In this document: piece by piece, positions 28,416 through 41,003 of the stretch
Layout of the letters: every line of letters begins with the position of its first letter
How positions within the stretch are numbered: position 1 is the first letter of the stretch
Source: Styela clava
Lineage: Eukaryota
Length of the DNA stretch: 64,000 nucleotides
Reading direction: 5' to 3'
Assembly (NCBI RefSeq): GCF_964204865.1
Contig: NC_135264.1
Coordinates: 12,586,001 to 12,650,000, forward strand
The notes under the pieces: model-generated
The model's database searches: none
Seen by the model: only the letters and a program-made list of their open reading frames with translations
What the model was told of the DNA's origin: nothing
Translations under genes and position numbers: made by a program

Positions 28416-30910
28416 ACTACAAGATCCAACCTGAAGGATTGAGGCAGATTCATATTTTTTGATATACGATCTGCTATATGTTTTACCAAGACTTCTTTTA
28501 AATATTAAAATATATTGATGCATAATATTTTTGTGATGATATTGCGTTTTCAAATTTTGAGAGAGGAGGTTTAATGTTAACCAACTTTTATTCGCGTGCG
28601 TGCAACGAGAGTACTTGGCCACTTCCTGTCGAGGAAACATTAAACATCAATGTAACATTTCGTAAAAACGCACGCTGTTGGGCACGAAGAACAGTTAATT
28701 TACAGGATCAGTGAATAAATAAAATATGAACGTGAATCGTCCATAAGCCACAGAATTAAAAATAAGTTAGGTCATTTCTAACTAAGTTTGAAAATTACCA
28801 AAGCAAAATAATGCGGGAGCTAAGAAAAATTACTTGATAACAGAAATACCATAACAGCATAGGTTTTCTGAGAAAAAGTAGGGATATCATCACACATAAC
28901 ATTTAGTCGCGTGGAATAGCGTTTCGTTATTAACATGCTCTGGCAAAAATATACAATGGCATAAATGCCAAAAATCAAATTTTTTTGAATCTGTGAATTA
29001 GTCCTAACTTGACTTGAATAATTTAGAATTTAGAGGAAAACGACCAAAGAATCCATAAACAGGTACCATATAACCTATTCAAAAACGTGATATATAATTC
29101 AAAGGCTTGACACATACTCGGTTGACTGTTGCCTGTATGCTCACCGGCTTTTCATTTTAGGTAGGGGAGGGGGTAATATTTTGCTATTGTCAATAAAACT
29201 ATCTGTAACTTATAACAATTTGTTATGTATTTGACTGATCAGCTGTGCTGGTGTACAGGTTATTCAAATACAACTATAGTCAACTTGGGAAATGTTGGGA
29301 AAGCACAGCTTGTAACTACTTTGTATTTCATAAACAGATCGGAATAAATTACAACGTTTTCGTCTTTCATTGGACTCTACGTACTCTATGAATCATTGTT
29401 GATATATCGTGATTAGTGTAATAAACATTTATGATCTAATACGCGCGTTTTTGTGTGACCCAAATACGTGTATTTAAGGTCGTTGCATAACAGTGTTACA
29501 GCCACCAAATTACTTTCACTATCGGCGGATCAGTAAAGATTTACTGTAATATATATCAATTTTATAATATCAAGAAATTGATCCAATAATCCATAACCTT
29601 ACTTAAACTGAATGTACTCATATATATAAACCACGGAAAAAATGATAAATTTGTACCTTTGCCAAGTGTGAAAGGCGCAATGGCAATAGGTATGTGTAGT
29701 TGGCAAGCTCTGGAGTTTAAGAAGAATATCATACAATAGGCTCGATGCATAGATAATGAAGACACTGAGATTAATCGAGAGCGACATCTAGAGTTTATTG
29801 GTATACATGCGACCGCTCTGTTGTTGTACATGGAATTTCCATTTCATCAAAGCAATGTCGACATGGTTGGCTCTTTCTTCTCGTTGGTAAATAAATTCAC
29901 AACAATTATATGAAATAATTATAAAATAATCAAACTAGAGAGAAATGCACAATTATGAGGACAGGAAGTCTAAAACAAAGTGGTATCAAATCTTTCGCAA
30001 CTTAAATGCGATGACATGTTAAATATAAAATTACAGGGGATTTTTTCAAACCGCTCAAGGCATTAAGATTAAGATATTTTTGACAAATTTGATCTAGTTC
30101 GCAACTCATACATCCGATCGTGTTTTCTGAAACAGTGAACTCGTAAACTATTTTTATTTGTATTGATCAGAACATATGTTGAAGAATCAAGGTAAAAATA
30201 GCTTGTGAAATTATCCTCGAGGCGTAATAATTAGCTATCTGTTAAAACTTAAAGTGTGACTTCTAAATGCTGCAAATGACGTGTTGTGAATGAGTTGGTA
30301 TATATATTATGGGAAAAAACATGAAATTATTAAAATTTGATATAAAATATTAACACTACTTTGTAAATTTGAAAAATTTGTAACAGTATGAGGCTCGGTC
30401 GAGAATAGATCGTACAATCATATTCATAAATAATATTCAAATTACCTTTGAACTATTTGCTTTTTATTTAACGTCTATAAGTTTATATGGTTGCAATATT
30501 ATTATTACATATTAAAACAACTTTCATTCACATATAGATATAATTATATATGTTGAGAGCATTATGTTTTCGGACTGTTGTAAAAAAATATCTCAAGCGG
30601 GATTAGGTTGACGCAAACACGACACATAACCTGGATAATACTATAATTAAGTAAGTGGTAAAAAACACAACATGGTCGTCAACAGAACAGTGACCTATTC
30701 AGTTCATTGACATTTTTATTTGTTCATTGATGTAGTATGTATGGCTTCGGTTGGCCAAAGAACAAAGTCTAATAAAAAAGATATTAGGATTAAAAAACTA
30801 TCGCAAACATATACAACGAAATATTTTCCGTCGATAATAAGTAAATTCCCATAAATTTACCGTGTCATAGTTTGATATAGCATTTTATTACATTTTGTGT
30901 CGAAGAACGT

Positions 30911-32692
30911 ATGCTGCCTATTATGAAAAGTTGCATCGTTATTTTCGTGCTTGTGTTAACAGCAGCAGCATCATGGGCTATGCCAGATATACTTCAGCCT
31001 GTGGTCGATGAAATAGGAGAGGCGCTTCCGGCTGAACTTGACCCAAATTTACCACGAGGAGGTTCAGCTGTACAGTCGGTAGCTCGTGGAGCGAGTTCTA
31101 ATGTCGGTGGGTCGCACACGTCAACCAGGACATGCCCAGCTACTTGGTGAGAGATTTTCAGTGCTCGGCAAAGGAGAAAATTATTACCTAATAAACAAAC
31201 AATGTATATGAGTTTTAACGGAATTATTAAAATGAATCAATTTTATCAAAATTTTAATTTATCTATTAATAGAATATCAGTGAATTTAGGTGTCACCACA
31301 ATTCTTATCAAAAACTTAGTTATATTTGTGTTTATTTTTATTTGTGCAATATCACAATTGTTCATAATGAATTATATATAATTTCAACTTACTTTCAATA
31401 TAGGGGAGATTCGAAACATCCTACCTGTTCGACGACTGTTTGTACGATTAAGTCATGCACTGCGGTAATATACAGCGGATATTACTGCGGATTGGAATTT
31501 CAATTAGAAAGACCGCTTTCGGTTCGCGGAGAATCATGCGGGTAAGTCTTTAATCTAAGTCATGGTAATGCCGCAAAGAACACAAATCTGGCATCGTATA
31601 TAAGAGATTATCCAGTAAAGAAACGTGTTGATGTGCCATAGCCGTCACGAATATTTTCAACTCCAAAATATTCTTTGTCCACTACGTTATAGGCTGTTCA
31701 CATCGCGATCAAGGGGATGACTGTGAACTGAAGTTACACAAAAAGCAAAAGCCCTATTGTAAAAGCGTAATGTTTGGGAATTTTGACTATTTAGTTTTAA
31801 CATGAACTTCACAGGCGCATGGTTTACAAACTTAACGCCGAAAATTTGTGTCTGCGTTTACATTGTGGAGCTTTTTTTGGCGGCTTAAAAAAAGTGAGTT
31901 TCATTTTTCCCAATAATATATTTTAGTGTTGAAAACTTATCGTGTGGAAAGAAATGGTGGCGACCATGTTTATGCAAGTCTAAAACCTGTTGGTTCGAGT
32001 CTAAACGAAACATCAAACACTCCGGCAAGTTATATTCAGTCGATGTGTGGATAAAGGTATGAATGCTCATATTTTTAGTATTTCCGCTTAGAATATTATG
32101 TTCTTCATGTTTGAATTTAAATAGCTTTTGCAAATCATGTTTCATGATATATAAAATTTACATAGTCCATGTCAATAGGCAGTATGCATCAGACCCGAAA
32201 TAGTTGATATAAGCGGTACTGGTTGCTGTGTGCATATCCGCATTGCTTTGTACAGCTGACAATGAATCACAGCCTTTGTGACTAACGTCATTAAATTATT
32301 TTAAGATAGGTTTTAAATTTTAAAATAAATATGCAAAAAGGAGATCACCCATAACTTACTCTGAATTGCAAAATCAATTCCTAACTTCTTCGGAACAAAA
32401 ATAATAACTTAAAAATAAAAAAAATAAAAAGTTCTTATGGCTGTGGCTGTGGTAATCAAACAAATATAGCATACTCAAGTTTTTTTCACAATAATCGACA
32501 AGACAAATATCTGTGGTCGTTGTATGCCCTTTGCAGCAGAAGCCCAGGATTGTATAAACAATTTGTGTAGATCTTTATAAAACTTTCGATTGTTTTTTGC
32601 AGCGTCCATGTGGATGTGAATGCCGTGGAAAGGAGAAAAACAAGCCGAATATTCGTTTACCTTTCGGTGGTTTCAATTTCCGTATTCCGTGA
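30911..32692 (+). CDS. Array gene 6, secreted Cys-rich protein, 197 aa (start may be 30923). Exons 30911-31146, 31404-31541, 31927-32056, 32603-32692
   Basis: 236+138+130+90=594 nt: signal MKSCIVIFVLVLTAAASWA ...RTCPATW/GDSKHPTCSTTVCTIKSCTAVIYSGYYCGLEFQLERPLSVRGESCG/VENLSCGKKWWRPCLCKSKTCWFESKRNIKHSGKLYSVDVWIK/RPCGCECRGKEKNKPNIRLPFGGFNFRIP*. Confidence 0.88.
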
Positions 32693-33654
32693 TATAGCTG
32701 AGATGTATCCTCCTTGCGACTAGACTGGCATGATTTGTAATGCTATTGAGAGTTTAAAACAACAACTAGATCATAGTAATAGTGAATGTTCTTTTGTGCT
32801 TTGTTACTTACATGGTTAATAAAGATTTTGGTCCATAAACGTTTCTTTTCTAAATGGGTAATTTGGGAATGGAATTTCAAGCTTTATTCCTAAATTGGGA
32901 AGTAAAGCATTGCAGGAAATAGTGAAATTATTTAATCTTAAATTGATCTTATTTATGTGTTGAAAGTAATTGTGTGTCATCGGTGGAGATAGAGTATCAT
33001 ATCATCATATATATGATTTCCGTCCCAAAAAGCATCGCTTGAAAAAACTTTGGACTAAACACCACGTTATATCAGTACATCTTTTCGAGTAAATCGGTGG
33101 GCACTGCTTACATGCTGTCCTACTGGTTTCTATGCAAACTCAATTTCCACTTTTGATTTGGAGTTTTTGAGTGACCAGGTAATTGATTACAGTCCAAAAC
33201 GCACAGGTTACAGGTGCTGCAGCTGGTGGACCCTTTCGTGTCAATATGTTCGAGACTGTTTTTTTTTGTTTCAAAGAGGTTCGTTGCTCAAATGAAACTA
33301 AATAAAGACTAAAAGACTACTGGCAAGCAAGAATTCACCAACATGGCAAGTGAACACAAAAACAAAACCATGCGAAATAGCTTGGCTCAGACAGAAGGAC
33401 AGAAATATAACTCCCAGGCTTAACGATTATATTTACGAAAAAGACTTAAACATGAAAATTTGGGTAATGCTCATAGATACCTCGGAATCATAAATAAATA
33501 TTACAATAATCGTATGAGAATATAGAATTTAAATTCAAGCGTTCACTATCCAACATAGGTGGCAGGTGTTGATAGTCATTAAATAGTCTCTCACACGTGC
33601 TGTTAATTTTATCGTTTAAATGTTTTAATGAACTTGCAAGAATTTAATCTTATA

Positions 33655-36370
33655 TTTTATACACTTTGCATTTAACAGTGATCATACTAAATTTCAAATT
33701 TTTTTTATTTTTGAATCAAATTGAAAGTTTTAAAATTGTTTAACTGAATTATGGGTTTGTACACAATGAAACTCTTTATCAAACTCAAATATTTTACAAA
33801 CAAAATTTAGTGAATCGTAATCGGGTAAAAATCTTTTTTTGAAAAAAATAATAATTTAGTGTTTTGGAAGAAACTACGTATCTTTGTCAGGTTTGTTCAA
33901 ATGCATTTTTCCACCCCATTGTTAATTTTTATACATGGTTGAATAGACTTGCTTTTCTAACAAATTGAAATAAACATTTAAATATGTACTCCAATCAGTG
34001 TGTGCACGTGTTTTTTTCTATCTACATATTAAAGATTTTTGCACGCTGTTTACTCCGAGTAAGGCTCAGTTAGCCACTGGAGTTATCATTATTTATAAAA
34101 ATGAAAATTCATTACACGCCGAGTAAGGCAAAAATCATTTAAGGAGTTTAAATTGCATTATTTCCCACTTACAATTGAAAATTAATCATTAAATTGTGTC
34201 TATACAATTAAGATAACTCTTTTTGGAACTAAATGTTACACGTAATTTCGTATTTGAAAATAAATCTTATTTAACAACAAATTTAAAACTGTAACGTTTC
34301 TTATTTTTGAAATAAATTGTTTTAAATTTACTTGAAGACAGTCATAAACCATAACAATACGAAATATATTATTTATCTCATTTTCGGAAACTTAATTCAT
34401 CCAAATATGATTCTTTATTTGGGTACTCCCGTAGTGTGTTGTGTGTACCAAGTTGGGGTTAGTCCATAATTTTATTCCTATTTTCCTTTTTATGTATATT
34501 ACGAGGTAGGGGACTGTCTGTGTTAGCCGAGTGAATATACCCCCTGCCCATAGGATTCAGTCCCTTCACACAACCTGATGTAAAAAAAGACGAACAAAGT
34601 TAGTTACCTCCATATTGGTACACACACTTCTATAGCGCTCTTTATTTTATGTAATTTATTCATTCAGTATCGAATACAGCAATGTTACCACGTATCAAGG
34701 AATTTAAAATTTATTCAATATAAAATCAATTAAAGTTTTCAATAGATTGATATAGGCATGCGCAGTTATGTACATTTGTTGTATGTACTTTTTAAGGCTT
34801 TCGCAGAGTGGATTTATACCACATGGATAAGAAGGTAAGGGACTCACTCTCCTTATTACCTAAAAATATATAAAATAAAATGTCCATTTTTCACAGTAAA
34901 TATTCAATTACGTTTATGAAAGATGTTTGCTCTGATAGGAATTTATCATAAACCGTATATGAGAATAAAATAATAAAAAAATGAACATAATATCAAGCTA
35001 CATATAGATAGGAACTGGTTTATCTACTTTTTTTCCTGGGAATATGGAAGATGTCATGAATTTTAAAAGTTTATATGAAATCAATACTTTAAAATACTTG
35101 ATACTTGAGAAATTTGATATGAATAATTTTTTGAAAAAAATTTAATATACAATTTGCAAGAATCTGATCTAATCTTGTACAAACTTTGCATTAACAATAA
35201 CTATACTTGGTATTAAATTTCAAAATTTTTGTATTTCCGAATCAAATTGAAAGTTTTAACTTTCAGCTGAATTTTTATTTGTACTTAATAAAATTCTTCA
35301 TTAAACTCAAATGTTTTACAAACAAAATTCAGAGAATCATGATCGAGTGAAAATATTTTTTTTTGAAAAAAATGTGTGGTTGATCTGCTTGCATTTTCTA
35401 GCGAAATTGATATAAACATCTAAATATGTGCTTTAGTCAGTGTATGTAGGCGTTTTCTATCAATATAATCACGATGCTTTGCATTTCACTCCGAATAAGG
35501 CTCAGTGTCAGTATCCACTGGTGTTATTATTACTTATAATAATGGAAATTTATTACACCCCGAGTACGGCGAATCATTTCCAGGATCTCACAAAGCGTGT
35601 ATTCCGTGGATGTTTTTTTATTAATTTCCACATATAATTGCTTTGAATATGAATCATCAATGAATCATATATACGACAACGCTATTTTAAAACTAAATGT
35701 TGCAACTCGTAATTTTGTATTTTAAAATAAAATTTCATTCAACAAAAAATTGCAAACCTATTTTAACCGGAATTTTAATTTATTCAAAAACGGCAATAAA
35801 TCAAAACAATACGAAATAAAATATTCATCTCATTTCCGGAAACCTAATTTATTCAAATATGATTCTTTGTTTTATGTAATCTATTCATTTAGTATAAAAA
35901 ACACCACGTACCAGAAAATATAGAATATATTCAATATAAAATCAATTAAACTTTAATTTGTTAAAAGATTTTAATAGATTTATATATGCATGCACAGTTA
36001 TGAATATTTGTTTTATGTACTTTTTAGGGCTTTCGCAGAGTGGATTTATACCACATGGAAGGTTCGACTCTCCTATTACCGAAAAATATATGAGATAAAA
36101 TGTTCATTTTTTACAGTAAATATTTAATTAAGTTTATGAAAGATGTTTGCTCTGAAAGGAATTTATCATAAACCGTATATGAGAATAAAATAATAAAAAA
36201 ATTAACATGATATCAAGCTACATATAGATAAGAACTCGTTTATTCACTTTTTTCCTTGGAATATGGAAGATGTCATGAATTTTAAAAGTTTATATGAAAT
36301 CAATACTTTAAAATACTTGATACTTGAGAAATTTGATATAAATAATTTTCTAAAAAAAATTAATATACAA
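33655..36370 (+). repeat. Non-coding tandem duplication upstream of gene 7: about 33655-35151 and about 35175-36370
   Basis: Collinear blocks, e.g. GGCTTTTCGCAGAGTGGATTTATACCACATGGA at about 34796/36028 and GGAATATGGAAGATGTCATGAATTTTAAAAGTTT at about 35039/36258. Confidence 0.9.
34421..34639. mobile_element. MITE family 1 variant, present in only one copy of the 33.6-36.4 kb duplication
   Basis: Empty site in the second copy: GATTCTTTGTTTTATGTAAT at about 35861. Confidence 0.8.
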
Positions 36371-37033
36371 CGGATTATAATCTCCGAAAAAATAATTTAT
36401 CAAAATCTTTTGACATTATGGACGATTTTCTCATACCACAATTTTTTTACTTTTTTCAACTGAAGGATAATAATGAAATAAAATACCTCATTCGATAAAA
36501 AAAAATTGTAGTTTTATTGACACTCTGTAATAAGTGATTACATGTTTTTAATATTAATATTGGAGGATCCATTGTAATTCTATATTATCTATGTTATTAC
36601 GTTTCACATATTTGATTTTGTTAGAATATATAGGCCAAAATAGTTGTATCAAAAGAGTTGAAGGTATGGGAATATTTATATTTACCCGGCATCCTGGTTT
36701 GAGACCAATAAAAGTTTTGTTTGATATAGACTAGATAATATATATAAATCTCTATCAAAAATATTTATGTGGTGCAATAAAGTTTTCAAAATTGAGAAAT
36801 GATATCCCTAGAATAAGGCTCGGGTTTCACAATGATACCGACATGCGGTGGGTCTTTGACAAAGATTTTATCTAAAGATTGTAAAATTATATTTCATAAT
36901 GCATTCGCACGGAATTTCAAAACCCCGAAAAAATGTCATTGTTTTATTCATGGATATGGCTATAAATTTGCTACATTCAAGCCGAATATCGCATTCGTTA
37001 CAATTTGTTGAAGGGAATCACATACCTTTAATC

Positions 37034-38326
37034 ATGAAAGGTTTTCTTGTGGTTCTTGCACTTGGCTTTTTTGTAGCAACATGGGCAGAGGAACCAAAAA
37101 TACTCGAGGATGTTAAGTTTGAATATGTGGTGGAAGAAGAGCCAGAAGGCGATCTCAAAATCAAAAAAATCGTTGATGGATATGGACCTGATCATGGGGA
37201 GAGACCTCCTGGAACAGGAGCAAAGTCACTCGGTGGTAACTATTACGGGAATAATAGGTATAACCGTGGTGGATATTATTACGCCCAATGTCCTGCTTAC
37301 GGGTTAGTATTTTTTCAAATTTATTCAATAAGTTACAAATTTCAGATATTTTTTCAATTTTTGTCACATACCTGCCGTCTTGAACTTCTGAGCTTGTGTT
37401 TGATAATTTATGTGTATTTTTCCAGCTACAAACCCGTGCACCCCATCTGTTCAGCAGCTAATGAATGCTACAAAAGTCATTGTAAAGTCTCAATAAGTAA
37501 AGGATATTACTGCGGGTTGCAGTTTTTCTTGCACAAACCCCTTGTGGTCGCTGGAACCTATTGCAAGTAAGTAATATGCACTTATTTTTTTAAGATAAAT
37601 TCGGTACATTAAGGTACGGAAGTTACATTCGAGAAAAGCTTTCTTTAATACAAATAATGTGTTATAACCGAAATTTAAATTCAGATCGTATGATATATAT
37701 ATATATTTCCATCCAATTTTCAAGTGAAAACACAGTGATTCCGTTCAGGTCCAAAACTCAACAATGCGGAAAGAACCACTGGCGTAAATGTTACTGCACA
37801 ACCAAATTCTGTTGGTTCAAGTTGAAGAAAGTTATCAAGCACTACAGTAAATTCTACATCGTCTATGTATGGATGAGGGTATGTTATACTTACATGAAAT
37901 TTGAGTTTTTCAATTAATATGAAATCTCAAAACCGTCGCCACCAAGGTTTCACTGATAAAATATTGACTTGAAGATCATATAATTATTCTTTACATTAAA
38001 AGTCGCTATGCTGAATCATTTTTCGTGTGGTTTTGTATACAAGTCATGCATGCTGTTGTAAATAAAGGCTAAATTTTCAACAATGATTAATCTAACTATT
38101 TTTCTTACAGCGTGCTTGTGGATGCGAATGCCGTGGAAAGATGGTACCTAAGCCGTATTACCCTCCTGTTCATTATTCCAAACCGAGTCATCCCAAACCA
38201 GTTTATCCTAAGCCACATTACCCGACTAAACCAGTTTATCACAGTAGAACATCCTATACTGATGATTCGTATGCGGGGTACCCAACTGGTGGTGATACCT
38301 ACCCAAATACCTACGGAGATTGGTAG
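37034..38326 (+). CDS. Array gene 7, secreted Cys-rich protein with Gly/Tyr/Asn linker and Pro/Tyr/His/Lys tail, 251 aa. Exons 37034-37302, 37426-37566, 37749-37878, 38111-38326
   Basis: 269+141+130+216=756 nt. Signal MKGFLVVLALGFFVATWA; core ..AQCPAYG/YKPVHPICSAANECYKSHCKVSISKGYYCGLQFFLHKPLVVAGTYCK/SKTQQCGKNHWRKCYCTTKFCWFKLKKVIKHYSKFYIVYVWMR/RACGCECRGKMVPKPYYPPVHYSKPSHPKPVYPKPHYPTKPVYH...GDW*. TATAAA at 36961. Confidence 0.9.
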
Positions 38327-41003
38327 TTTTACTTCTATGATACCCCTACACGAGGATAAAGACCGGCTTGAAGACAACGATTGATTCTTTCTATTTTTTT
38401 CTCGTTAAAATAAAATTAATTCGACCGAATAGTAACACGAAAACATAATATTCATTTCGTGTATTTGTTTATAAAAATGGGCTGGGTTAGTGGATTCGTC
38501 AATGTGCGAAGGTGTGTATACGCGAGCTTCATAAATATATATATATGCAGATGACGGGACAAAACAACCTCATTACAGACATATCTATATATTTGTTGCG
38601 GTTGTAAAAAACTGACAGGCAGCCATGGTTATTATGTGCACTGAATATTATATGATTACTACTTAAATTGTTAATGGCCGAATTCAACTACAAGCAGTCG
38701 GCCTACCTAAAACAGTCTTCACCACAAACCACGTTTAGGACATAGATTCAACCAAATATTGGTTGTTTTGTAAATAAGCAGAGCAGAGTAAACTAAGTAG
38801 GCTGTTGTACATTGCGGTAATGGCGGCGAGGAGGAGATGTGGGACGGGAAACGGTCCAATGGTAACCGGACAGAAAAACAACAGTATGAAATAAGAACTA
38901 TAAATATAGAGAAATACCGTATATGGTGAAACTGTACTGGCCAGATCTGGGGCAAACCACAAACGCAGGTCAAACCGTTTTGTATGGAACAAACGAGAAA
39001 ACGCGCCACGACTAGGGTATCGATTCCAACCGCACCAGCATGTACCTGTTTTAATGTAAGGTAATATCGGAATGAATGGCTCTTATCTTGATCCGAGTAA
39101 ACTAAAGTGAACCTCATTGCGTTATGTGATCTTATGAACATAATGATATGTGGTTATGAAATAAGATCCCTTTAATACCATTCGTTACGCACATTAAACA
39201 TAAGAAGAAAACCTCTCTGACGTAAGTAATATCTATAAAAGCCAATTTTGATAAGCAAGCAAGTCTGCCGAAAAAAAATCACACACTAAGGTCGATACAC
39301 ACAACCAACCGATACGGCAGTCAGACAAAGAAGACATGGTCGGTCACGTTGACGGACGTGTTCGGAGCTAAAAATATTGTTTATTTGTGTGGATAGAACT
39401 CAGTTGATAATATTACCGGTAGTATTTAAAGCCATAAGTCAATGCGCATAGGTACGAATTTCGGTGCCAAAATATTTCACACACCAGAAGCACTTAAAAA
39501 AAATGAACACTTTGTAGTATTTGAGGTCATTTTACACTTTTTTAGATATAATTGTAATTCAGATATCTTGTTGCAAGAAAAAAAACTTGAAAAACAAGTT
39601 CGACTGGTGTAACAATTCTCAATGTTACCGGAAATAAGCGAAGGTTGCACCGCCTACACTCTACACTGTGGTTTGATGAAAAGATTGGCGGAATTGCGTG
39701 TCTGTAGTTAAACACGACGTAATCAACGCTGTTCTATTTTAAATAATATGAACATTGAATTATTCCAGAAATTTCATGCGACTGAAAGAAAAAAAGAGAT
39801 ATTAGCTTTTTTAGAGCTTCGACCGTCTTGAAGTCTGAATATTTCAAATCATTTAGCCAATTCGATTGGCAGATCAAAAAAATTTTCCAAACAACCATCA
39901 CCCCCAAAATAACAACAAAACTGATATCAACAACAGCAATTCAGAAAAACAACCCGTAGATCAACTTCGTACCCAAAAAATCCGAAAGCGCCCTTCACAA
40001 AACTTATATTTATATATATATGTGGGATCACACAGGAATATTTAGCAGAATTCGCTCGGGGTCTGTATAGTTTTTACAACGAATTTGAAGAGAATGAGCG
40101 TTTGATTGATTGATTTAGTGGATAAATACTACTCTTTTATCGCCGGAAATTGGCCTTTTAAGGTGTTTTAAATTGAATGGATTTCCAAGCTTTTGTGAAT
40201 TTATTGTATTGCATTGACAAAAATAGTTTTCCGGCCCGTTTCAACACAGTTTAACCCGGCCCGCGGTCAAAAAAGTTCGGTGACCCCTGGTCTAGAATTA
40301 CCGCTGAAGGGTTCAATGGAATAGCGAGAATCACTGCGGCTAGGTTTGGTGGCCTAGTCACTAGTGGCTTGGCAATGTAGCAGACAGTCTGTTCAACTTG
40401 AAAAGTGTTTAAAAATATCGAGATACCAAAATCGGAATAAAACTCGGCCCGAGGGGGAACGTTCTGGAATAAATCGCTCAAGGTGTAAACGTGTCGTGTA
40501 GAAATTGGTCTATTCATTCCTGATTCCTCTACATGCTAATAGATTCGTGTCATTGGCAAACATTTGACTATAATTGCCTTTATTGGTTTTTATTAAACAG
40601 CTTTAAAATTAAAAATGTCCAAATATATCTAATTGCCAGCTACGATAGCTATGAAAGTCGAATCGCTTTCGACTTGTTATTATTAGTTTACGATCGAATT
40701 TGAAGTAGTTAGTGAGAGAACAACAAGTTAGACTAATTGCGTCGTTTGTTTCGTAAAATGAGACATCGCAAAGTTCATGTCACGTCAGCTCTTATCGCCT
40801 AATCGCTGTTTTCAAAAACACCATTCACACAATAATTGCACAAAATACAGAGAAAGAATATGTTCAAATATTCCACAAAAACGAGAGAGTGCGTCACGGT
40901 TATTCAAGTTTTTTTAATTAAAAATTTATCTATAAAATCTGAAGCTCTTTGCTCCACTTGGACATTCTTGCGTTTTCTTCTGGATGATTGACCGTTTCTG
41001 AAT

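Noticed and set aside
36899-37570. 223-aa ORF as a single-exon gene
   Set aside because: It is 5' flank + exon 1 + read-through intron 1 + exon 2 of gene 7; paralogs place the ATG at 37034.
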